Assembly (NCBI GenBank): GCA_029856125.1
Contig: JAHQWJ010000004.1
Coordinates: forward strand, 1 to 11,836
Direction of reading: 5' to 3'
DNA length: 11,836 bases
Source of the DNA: Promethearchaeia archaeon
Lineage (GTDB): Archaea; Asgardarchaeota; Lokiarchaeia; Sigyniarchaeales; SOKP01
Part shown: positions 1-6,946 of the stretch, piece after piece
Position numbering within the stretch: position 1 is the stretch's first letter
Layout: every line of letters starts with the position of its first letter
Program-made: the position numbers and the translations under genes
The notes under the pieces: model-generated
The model's database searches: none
The model's input: only the letters and a program-made list of their open reading frames with translations
Told to the model about the DNA's origin: nothing

Positions 1-39
1 GTCAATAGGATTTACGGTTTGAATTCGAGATTTCTCCAT
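1..39 (-). CDS. Possible 5' end of a divergently transcribed gene running off the window edge (MEKSRIQTVNPID...)
   Basis: ATG at 37-39 on the minus strand opens a frame that reaches the window edge, followed by an AT-rich intergenic region up to 380. Only 13 codons are visible, so the product cannot be assigned. Confidence 0.3.
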   Translation of the reverse strand, partial: MEKSRIQTVNPID

Positions 40-380
40 CACATTCACACTTCTTTAAAATTGAAATTTTTACTAGTATCTCTATTTTGAAACCTTTCTA
101 TAAAAAGCCCATCATTCTTTTGCTAATAGAGCGGGAATAATACTCCAAATAATATAAAAATCTATTAGATTAAAATTTAGAAAAAAAAAGGATAAATAAA
201 AACAGCCCTCTATTTTTAATTCTCTCCTTTATCACCAATAACATTAAATTATACTTGACAAGACTGATATTTTTCGCGAGTATTTAAAAGTATTAGGACT
301 GAATTTTTACAGAAAAAACAAAATTATTATATTTGTAAAGCGCAAATATCTATCTACTTAAGGATAAAATTTAGTTATAA

Positions 381-1115
381 ATGTCTAATTTAAATCTAGC
401 ACTTTCGTTAACACTGAATCATCCAAGCGTACAAAGTGTAATTGAGATCGCAAAAGAAGTAATAAATAATAACAATGTGTTAGATACAGAACTACTGTAT
501 AACCTGGCCAAAAGACGATTAAAATTCCCCAGAAAAGGGCTTCTAAGCATCATACAGCTACTGATTAATAAAAAAGTGTTAGTTGAGGGTTCAAAATATA
601 CCAGAGATGATATCCTTAATAATAAATATAGATTTAATCTTTATATGTTCTTGACTTCCTATTTAGGAGCTCATTTCTCAACAATAAGAAAACAAATCAT
701 AACAGATAATAGTGGCGCCTTGGGAAGTTCTGGCCAGTTGATATGGCATTTGGAAATGCTTATGAAATTTAATTATGTTAAAAAGATTAAAATTAAAAAC
801 TACACTGTCTTTCTTCCGTATGAGATAGACGACGAAATTGGTTTACTTCATTTTGTTTTACGTGATGAGATATACCTAAAAATTATCCAATTACTAATGA
901 GCAATGAAAAATTGAAAAAAAGTGAAGTCCATAAGTTGGTAGATGAAAAAAGAGAGACTATCTACTATCGAATTAATAACCTAATTGAATTTAATATTAT
1001 TGAATTAAGTGGAGATGATAACTCTCTCATTCTTAATTCCAGTAAGAAAGATGACATAATCTCAATAATAACAGCACTTTCGAAGAACAAATCCCAAATT
1101 AAAAAATTAAATTAG
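381..1115 (+). CDS. Tandem winged-helix-turn-helix transcriptional regulator (ArsR/MarR-like repeats)
   Basis: 244 aa with two to three wHTH-like units: GAHFSTIRK...SSGQLIWHLEMLMKFNYVKKIKI, KIIQLLMSNEKLKKSEVHKLVDEKRETIYYRINNLIEFNII, and an N-terminal LYNLAKRRLKFPRKGLLSIIQLLINKKVLVEG unit. Assigned by motif recognition, with no HMM run. Confidence 0.75.
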   Translation: MSNLNLALSLTLNHPSVQSVIEIAKEVINNNNVLDTELLYNLAKRRLKFPRKGLLSIIQLLINKKVLVEGSKYTRDDILNNKYRFNLYMFLTSYLGAHFSTIRKQIITDNSGALGSSGQLIWHLEMLMKFNYVKKIKIKNYTVFLPYEIDDEIGLLHFVLRDEIYLKIIQLLMSNEKLKKSEVHKLVDEKRETIYYRINNLIEFNIIELSGDDNSLILNSSKKDDIISIITALSKNKSQIKKLN

Positions 1116-1121
1116 AATAGC

Positions 1122-1129
1122 AAGGAGGT
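1122..1129 (+). promoter_or_regulatory. Shine-Dalgarno sequence AAGGAGGT for the 1140 gene
   Basis: AAGGAGGT lies 10 nt upstream of the ATG at 1140, inside a 24-nt gap after the wHTH stop. This is consistent with a downstream gene in an operon. Confidence 0.75.
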
Positions 1130-1139
1130 AAAGAATTAA

Positions 1140-2429
1140 ATGACATTGAATTTGACAGCTGAAGTTATTACAGATTTTACCCTAACTATTATTGGAATTG
1201 TATTCATGATAATAACTTACATAAAACCAAAAACTAAAAAACTTACGTCATTAAACTATATTAGGTTAGCAATCTTCAGTTTTAGCGTCTTTATTTTTTT
1301 TGATGGACTATCTATCCTCTATGTGAGTAAGTTTTTGGGTATAATTACCGGTTTTATCCTAATCCCATTAACTCTTTCACTTGTCGTTGGTGTAACATAC
1401 ATTACTAAGGAAAGTTTTTATTCCTATGGATTTATCGTAGTAGTGGGATTGAGTGTGTTATTTCTTTACCTTGGTTTTCAACCAAATGCCATTATTATCC
1501 AGATTCAAGAAGGAAATATATGGCTACTTTGGACTGGTCTATTTAGTAGCATTGCAATGATACTTAGTGCCATAACTACAGTGTATATATTTTATTGGGG
1601 CATAAAAACTCTTAAGAATGCTCCATTTTTGATTAAAAAAGAAGCTTATTTGTTCTTCCTAGGAATTTTCTTTGGCTCGGTTGTAGCGATGATTTTTTAC
1701 ATATTATATTTAATTGAGCCTTTTTATATTCTAGGGTCTAATATTTCTCTATTGATTGGTATCCTAATTATAACTTTATCAGTAATGATTGAACCCAAAT
1801 TGCTCTACATTTTACCCTTTATAGTTTATAGGATCGTTGTGAAAGATCGCGAGGGATATCCCTTATTTGATCACGATTGGTCGAAATCAGAAATAAGTGA
1901 AAATATCTTCACGGGGTTTATAAATGCTATACAACTTATGAGCGAAGAAATTATGAATATTGGAGGTTTGCTCGACATCCAGTTAAAAGATGGTATTCTA
2001 ATTTTGCACGAATCTGAGAATATTACAGTTGGATTAATAACCTCGAAATCATCCAAGCTACTCAGCTCTTCTGTAACCAATTTTACGCGTGATTTTGAAA
2101 ATAAATTTGAAAAAATTCTTAAAGAAGGAAATAAAGATATGAAAGAATATGAAAGCGCTCAAGAATTAATTGAGAGGCATTTTTCCAACTTCCCTTCCAG
2201 AATAATTACCAATAAGAGAAAGCCTCTACTTTTAACGGAAAAATTGTTAAAACTCCCCTTGGCTTTAGATAATGCCCTTAAAACAATTTTCAAGGATGAA
2301 AAAGAGTATAATTTCATCAAATCTGAAATATATCGCACTCCAGAAAGTACCGCAGCAGGATTTATCTCGTTATATAAAGAACTAAAAAAAGAATTTGATG
2401 ATATAGAAAAAGAGCATGAAAAAAGCTAG
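1140..2429 (+). CDS. Seven-transmembrane protein with a C-terminal longin-like domain
   Basis: Seven hydrophobic segments (aa ~9-28, 38-61, 65-88, 93-113, 130-155, 169-192, 196-217). Residues ~229-348 follow the beta-beta-alpha-beta-beta-beta-alpha-alpha longin pattern: VYRIVVKDREGYPLF / ENIFTGFINAIQLMSEE / LLDIQLKDGILILHE / ITVGLIT / LLSSSVTNFTRDFENKF. A helical tail of about 80 aa follows. Confidence 0.75.
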   Translation: MTLNLTAEVITDFTLTIIGIVFMIITYIKPKTKKLTSLNYIRLAIFSFSVFIFFDGLSILYVSKFLGIITGFILIPLTLSLVVGVTYITKESFYSYGFIVVVGLSVLFLYLGFQPNAIIIQIQEGNIWLLWTGLFSSIAMILSAITTVYIFYWGIKTLKNAPFLIKKEAYLFFLGIFFGSVVAMIFYILYLIEPFYILGSNISLLIGILIITLSVMIEPKLLYILPFIVYRIVVKDREGYPLFDHDWSKSEISENIFTGFINAIQLMSEEIMNIGGLLDIQLKDGILILHESENITVGLITSKSSKLLSSSVTNFTRDFENKFEKILKEGNKDMKEYESAQELIERHFSNFPSRIITNKRKPLLLTEKLLKLPLALDNALKTIFKDEKEYNFIKSEIYRTPESTAAGFISLYKELKKEFDDIEKEHEKS

Positions 2430-2572
2430 AATATGGGAACCCGACACTATCTTGCATCTTAGGTTGTAGATATTAAAATAGCCATTGTTGGAAAAGATCA
2501 TAGAAAATCGATTATACAACCCATTAAATAACGAATAATAAAACTTTAATTTTTTATACCTTTGAATAATAT

Positions 2573-2911
2573 ATGCCAGATGAATTTGATTTTCATAAAT
2601 ACAAATCTATGGAAGAATATAGCAAAACAATGGAGGGAACTAAATATTTGCACGATTTATATTTAAAAGCGGTTAATCACCCCGTAAGGCGAGAAATCTT
2701 AGAAATTGTAAATAAAACAAAGAAAATTTCCAAGAAAGAGCTTCTCAAAAAGCTAATAGATTCTAATGTTATTAAAGACGAAAATCAGTTGATTTACAAT
2801 ATTGATTATTTACTCAAAGCGTTTTGTATTAATTCCATTAAAGAAGGTGATGACGGTGAAATTTTCTATGAAATTACTCAAAGCGGGAAAGTAGTAGAAT
2901 ATTTTGAATAA
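2573..2911 (+). CDS. ArsR-family-like helix-turn-helix protein
   Basis: 112 aa with LKAVNHPVRREILEIV (the ArsR-type 'P.R..IL..L' helix), a recognition helix QLIYNIDYLLKA and a wing IFYEITQSG. Confidence 0.75.
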   Translation: MPDEFDFHKYKSMEEYSKTMEGTKYLHDLYLKAVNHPVRREILEIVNKTKKISKKELLKKLIDSNVIKDENQLIYNIDYLLKAFCINSIKEGDDGEIFYEITQSGKVVEYFE

Positions 2912-2974
2912 TATTATGTTTAAAATCTTTACTTAATTTATTTTAGCAATTATTGCCGATCATCAAAAGAGCTT

Positions 2975-4258
2975 CTATAAAAAATTAATACTTTTTTCTT
3001 TACTAGAAAAAAGATCATTCTCAATTTGTTGCGTTAATCTTCTAATTTTCATAACTTTTGACGACGCAAAGTACTCAAAATCGAAATCTACGACATCCCC
3101 TGCGTTTCTTTCAGGGATCGGCATGAGTCGAGCCGTCAAAGGTTTATTTAAATTTAAAGAAATCGTACAAAGATCTAGTAAAATATAAAATAGCTCTTTT
3201 TCTGTTATATCGCCAGGTAACGGAACACAATCTAATCCTGTTCCGCACATTGTTGCATATAGTAGCAAAGTATCTAAATTAAAGTTGTTTTCGGATAAAC
3301 TTTTAGCAATTGTATAATCTTCAAGAACAGAAGGCATAAATCCAGAGAATCCTATGACTTTCTTCTTTTTTGGAATAGCCTTTTTTATTAAAGCTACGCC
3401 TATTAGCGATCCAGGAGCCCCAAAGTATTCAAGATTCAATTTTTCGAAGGCAGTCCCTATACTTTTTTCTACTGTAGGATAGGGTGCGGGAGAAAAATCT
3501 ATTCCACTGAATTCGATATTGTATTTATTTGCAACCTCCTCACAGATACCAACTAAATTGTCGTAAATTTCGTTAAATCTTATTGTCAATTTTTTATAAG
3601 CCTCTCCGACACTGTTTGAATCTTCGAAGACATTCACGACTTCATCGGCCATTTCCAAAGCTAGTCCAACTGATGGATTTTCTGAAATATGATAAGCTGC
3701 AGGGAAAAAGGGAGTGTCGGGGGAAACATTAGAACTGACGCAAAAGTTCAAATTTTTAAAAGGATCGGGAATGGATAATGATTTTATAATTTTGGCACTA
3801 GAACGAAGAGCAGATAAATTAATTCCGTTTTCCTTGGACGCTACGTGAACAGAAGTAAAGAACTTCTCTCTCCTCTTAATAAAATTAGGTACTTCATTTA
3901 ATAATAATTTCTCATATATTCCATATTTTTGTATCTGTTGGTCTGCTATTACAGCGCAAGAGGCAAAATAATCAAATTCATATTTTGATACGAGCCTTTC
4001 TATTAGTTCCAGCTGATCGTGGATTCTTATAAGGGTTTCATTTAAATTTTTAGAATAAAATTGCTGTTCGTAAGATAATATTGGTTGAGAGCACAATCTT
4101 TTCGTTTGCACTTCAATTTCTTTCTCGTTAAGCCTTTGAATAAGCTCATAATTGAAGGAGTAGAAATTTTGAAGATTACGTTCCATTCTTTCTTCAAGTT
4201 CTTTATCTTCAACCAAATATGGAATCTTGTTTCCAACGGTAATAGCTCGAACTTTCAT
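2975..4258 (-). CDS. DUF711 family protein (UPF0210-related, RNR/PFL-like barrel)
   Basis: 427 aa with the family motifs MKVRAIT, PFFPAAYH, GIDFSPAP, GFSGFMPSVLED, YATMCGTGLDCVPLPGD and KPLTARLMPIP. Confidence 0.85.
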   Translation of the reverse strand: MKVRAITVGNKIPYLVEDKELEERMERNLQNFYSFNYELIQRLNEKEIEVQTKRLCSQPILSYEQQFYSKNLNETLIRIHDQLELIERLVSKYEFDYFASCAVIADQQIQKYGIYEKLLLNEVPNFIKRREKFFTSVHVASKENGINLSALRSSAKIIKSLSIPDPFKNLNFCVSSNVSPDTPFFPAAYHISENPSVGLALEMADEVVNVFEDSNSVGEAYKKLTIRFNEIYDNLVGICEEVANKYNIEFSGIDFSPAPYPTVEKSIGTAFEKLNLEYFGAPGSLIGVALIKKAIPKKKKVIGFSGFMPSVLEDYTIAKSLSENNFNLDTLLLYATMCGTGLDCVPLPGDITEKELFYILLDLCTISLNLNKPLTARLMPIPERNAGDVVDFDFEYFASSKVMKIRRLTQQIENDLFSSKEKSINFL

Positions 4259-4285
4259 AATTTTTCAATTAAAATCCTTACATCT

Positions 4286-4399
4286 TTATAATTCATTTAA
4301 TTTTGCTTTTTTTTTCTCTTTTTTGTATTCTTCAACACGTGGTTTTTGAAATTCTCCCGGTTTTATTGGTCCTAATTTTCCAAGTTCAGTTTTAAAATT
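4286..4399 (-). other. In-frame continuation of hdrA-mvhD beyond the TAA at 4400-4402 (37 codons plus stop)
   Basis: Manual translation gives NFKTELGKLGPIKPGEFQKPRVEEYKKEKKKAKLNEL, then TAA at 4286-4288. F..EL.KLGP matches the usual MvhD C-terminal helix. Confidence 0.75.
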
Positions 4400-6685
4400 T
4401 TACACAACTTGTGCGAATTTTTCACCTTCTCCAGCAGAAATACTCTCTATCCTCACGCGTTTTTCATTTATCCCCGCCTCACCGAGGATTTCTTTAATAC
4501 TTTCATATCTATTGGCTGCTTTTATAAAACCCGTATCGTAATGACAATCTTGTGGGTGGCAACCTGCAATCAATACTCCATCGGCTCCATTAAAAAAAGC
4601 TTCAAATACTAATGATGGGTTTAGCATTGCAGTACACATAACCCGTATTGATCTTACATTGGTAGGATAATTTAATTTGCTTGTTCCAGCCAGATCTGCT
4701 CCCATGTAAGAACACCAATTGCAAAGGAATGCTACAATTAATGGATATTCAGATTTCTCACCCAAAATCGTAGTAATTTGAGCGTGTATCTGTTTTTTAG
4801 TAAAACCAGGAATATATAACGCATCAGTATGGCACATAGCTGCGCATGCCCCACATCCTGTACAATTCGCATTAGTGATATTTAGCTTATCGTTTTCTAT
4901 TTTTAATGCATTATATATGCATATGTTCTCACAAAGTCTGCATAAATCACATTCATCTGGATTAAAATATACAATATGAGGATCAAGTTCGACATACTCT
5001 TTGGACATTAGGGCAATTGCTTTTGCTGCCGCGCTTTCTGCGTGAGCTATACTATTGGGAATGTCTTTAGGACCTTGGATGGCTCCTGCTAAAAAGATAC
5101 CACTTACAGAAGTTTCAGAAGGCTTTATCTTAAGATGCTTTTCTAATAAAAATCCATAAGGATCTTGAGAAATGTTAAGCAATTGACTTAATTCTTCTGT
5201 GTTTTCAGCAGGCTCAATTCCAACTGCCAAAACAACGAGGTCAGCCTTATTTTCAAAGAGTCTATCATCTATTACGTCTTCACCTCGAATCAATAATTCA
5301 CCTGTCTCAGACAAGTCGTCTATAATAACGGCAGAGATATTACTTTTTATAAATCTAATACCAAAAACTTCTTGAGAACGATTATAAAACTCTTCACAGT
5401 TTTTTCCCATTGCTCGTATGTCGTTATAATAAATAGTAATTTCAGTCTCAGGATACTCCTTCTTTAACAGTACAGCTTGTTTAATTGAAACGTTGCAACA
5501 AACTTGACTACAATAATCGTGGTGAATCGCCCTATTTCGCGAACCTACACATAGAATAAATGAGACTCTTGAAGGTATCTCCCCATTAGACGGTCTCACG
5601 ATCTTTCCATGAGTCGGTCCATCGTTATTTAGCAGCCTTTCAACCTGCATAGTTGTAACTACATCCAAATATCTTTGATAATTAAATTCTCCAAGCAAAC
5701 TAGGATCAAATGTTTTCAACCCTGTTGCGGTTATTATGGTTCCAACTTCAAATTCGATATTTTCAGATGTTTGTTCGAAATCAATTGCGTCGCGATCACA
5801 AGCTTGAGCACAGGCTTTACATCCAATGCAATACTCCTCTAATATGTTAGGAATGAGAGGAATCGCCTGTGGATAAACTACATCTATTGCTTTTCTTGGA
5901 AAGAATGTGTCTTCAACGTCAATTGGACAAACATCTCTACATAAATTAAAGCAACCAACGCAAGTCTCTTCGTTAACAAAACGTGGCTTTTTCTTGACTT
6001 TTACGGTGAAGTTTCCTACATATCCTTCAACACTTTCTAAAATACTATAAGTCAATAACTCAATATTCGGATGATCCTTAACTTCTAACATTAATGGTCC
6101 AAGGATACATATGGAACAATCTAACGTAGGAAAAGTCTTGTCAAAAAGAGCCATTTTGCCTCCAATTGTTAAATCTTTTTCCACTAAGTAAACCTTGTAC
6201 CCCGCATCTGCTATAACTAGTGAGGCTTTAATCCCGGCAATCCCACCTCCGATAATTAGGGCTGAAGGATTGACTTTTGCTCGTTGAACTTCTAAGGGTT
6301 CGAGAAGTTTAACTTGTTCTAAAGCCATATTAATTTGATCGATTGCTTTCGTTGTAGCTTTCTCAGGACTATCGTTATGTACCCAAGAATTTTGTTCTCT
6401 GATGTTTGCAAAAGATATCAAGTATCGATTGATACCAGCCTTTTCTATTGTTTTTCTAAACAAAAATCCATGCAATTTAAAAGAACAAGCAGCAATTACG
6501 ACCCGGTCGATCTTATGTTCCTCTATCTCGTTAGTTATTTTATTTAAACCTAATTCTGCGCATAAATATTGATCTCCTATCACATGAACATCGGGATATT
6601 CTCCAAAATGGTCAATTAATTTGCTGTTATCAATTACTCCGCTAATATTCTTACCACAGTCGCAGATGAATAAGCCAATTTTCAA
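4400..6685 (-). CDS. hdrA: Heterodisulfide reductase subunit A fused to an MvhD [2Fe-2S] domain (HdrA-MvhD); C-terminus probably cut by a premature stop
   Basis: TTG start with GAGGGT upstream. HdrA motifs: ICDCGKNI, VVIAACS, NIREQNSWVH, FAD-binding IIGGGIAG, DKTFPTLDCSICIL, inserted ferredoxin CVGCFNLCRDVCP and CIGCKACAQAC, LCVGSR...YCSQVCC, GIFLAGAIQGPKDI, and C-terminal ferredoxin CDLCRLCENIC and CTGCGACAAMC. MvhD motifs: FLCNWCSYMGADLAG, IRVMCT, GADGVLIAGCHPQDCHY, ISAGEGEKFA. Confidence 0.93.
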   Translation of the reverse strand: MKIGLFICDCGKNISGVIDNSKLIDHFGEYPDVHVIGDQYLCAELGLNKITNEIEEHKIDRVVIAACSFKLHGFLFRKTIEKAGINRYLISFANIREQNSWVHNDSPEKATTKAIDQINMALEQVKLLEPLEVQRAKVNPSALIIGGGIAGIKASLVIADAGYKVYLVEKDLTIGGKMALFDKTFPTLDCSICILGPLMLEVKDHPNIELLTYSILESVEGYVGNFTVKVKKKPRFVNEETCVGCFNLCRDVCPIDVEDTFFPRKAIDVVYPQAIPLIPNILEEYCIGCKACAQACDRDAIDFEQTSENIEFEVGTIITATGLKTFDPSLLGEFNYQRYLDVVTTMQVERLLNNDGPTHGKIVRPSNGEIPSRVSFILCVGSRNRAIHHDYCSQVCCNVSIKQAVLLKKEYPETEITIYYNDIRAMGKNCEEFYNRSQEVFGIRFIKSNISAVIIDDLSETGELLIRGEDVIDDRLFENKADLVVLAVGIEPAENTEELSQLLNISQDPYGFLLEKHLKIKPSETSVSGIFLAGAIQGPKDIPNSIAHAESAAAKAIALMSKEYVELDPHIVYFNPDECDLCRLCENICIYNALKIENDKLNITNANCTGCGACAAMCHTDALYIPGFTKKQIHAQITTILGEKSEYPLIVAFLCNWCSYMGADLAGTSKLNYPTNVRSIRVMCTAMLNPSLVFEAFFNGADGVLIAGCHPQDCHYDTGFIKAANRYESIKEILGEAGINEKRVRIESISAGEGEKFAQVV

Positions 6686-6766
6686 TTTAAACCCTCAAAA
6701 TTGTATTCAATTTTCGTGAACCTATGAGTTACATAAAACGATGTTCATATTAATTGTTCCTAGTAT

Positions 6767-6790
6767 ATGATTAAAATTAATTTTAACCAT
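6767..6790. promoter_or_regulatory. Palindrome upstream of hdrA (candidate operator or terminator)
   Basis: ATGA-TTAAAATTAATTTTAA-CCAT: a perfect 16-bp palindrome at 6771-6786 that extends to 24 bp with one mismatched pair. It lies about 80-105 bp upstream of the hdrA start. Confidence 0.4.
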
Positions 6791-6828
6791 TGTTTAGAAT
6801 AATGATTATAATGAATTTGCTTATTTCG

Positions 6829-6930
6829 CATATCTTTTGATATAAAAGGGTACACTTTGAAGATATTAAAATCGTTTCGTCTCATTTCAAAAAAAAATTC
6901 TTTCTCCATATCGTACTCTCTAGTAGCCCA
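6829..6930 (-). pseudogene. Orphan 3' fragment of a YkgJ-family gene (direct-repeat copy 1)
   Basis: Translates without indels to WATREYDMEKEFFFEMRRNDFNIFKVYPFISKDM, versus WANEEYKMEKEYFFKMRRNDFNIFKVYPFLSKDM in the intact gene. Identity to 8475-8576 is 89/102 nt overall and 76/81 nt in the core 6829-6909. Confidence 0.9.
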
Positions 6931-6946
6931 ATCTAAAAATTAATCA

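Noticed and set aside
1140-1800. Microbial rhodopsin or heliorhodopsin
   Set aside because: The seventh helix (FYILGSNISLLIGILIITLSVMI) has no retinal-binding Lys or DxxxK motif.
4301-4324. Poly-T tract as an archaeal terminator
   Set aside because: It is on the wrong strand for the local genes and is explained by the Lys-rich codons of the MvhD extension.
4400-6685. Selenocysteine-containing HdrA/VhuD with a SECIS element
   Set aside because: The ORF has no in-frame TGA. The positions that can be Sec in other archaea (DCSICIL, CNWCSY, GCHPQDCHY) are Cys here, and the interrupting codon is TAA. The ATGAAC...GTTCAC hairpin near 6716-6748 lies 5' of the gene and does not form a convincing SECIS core.
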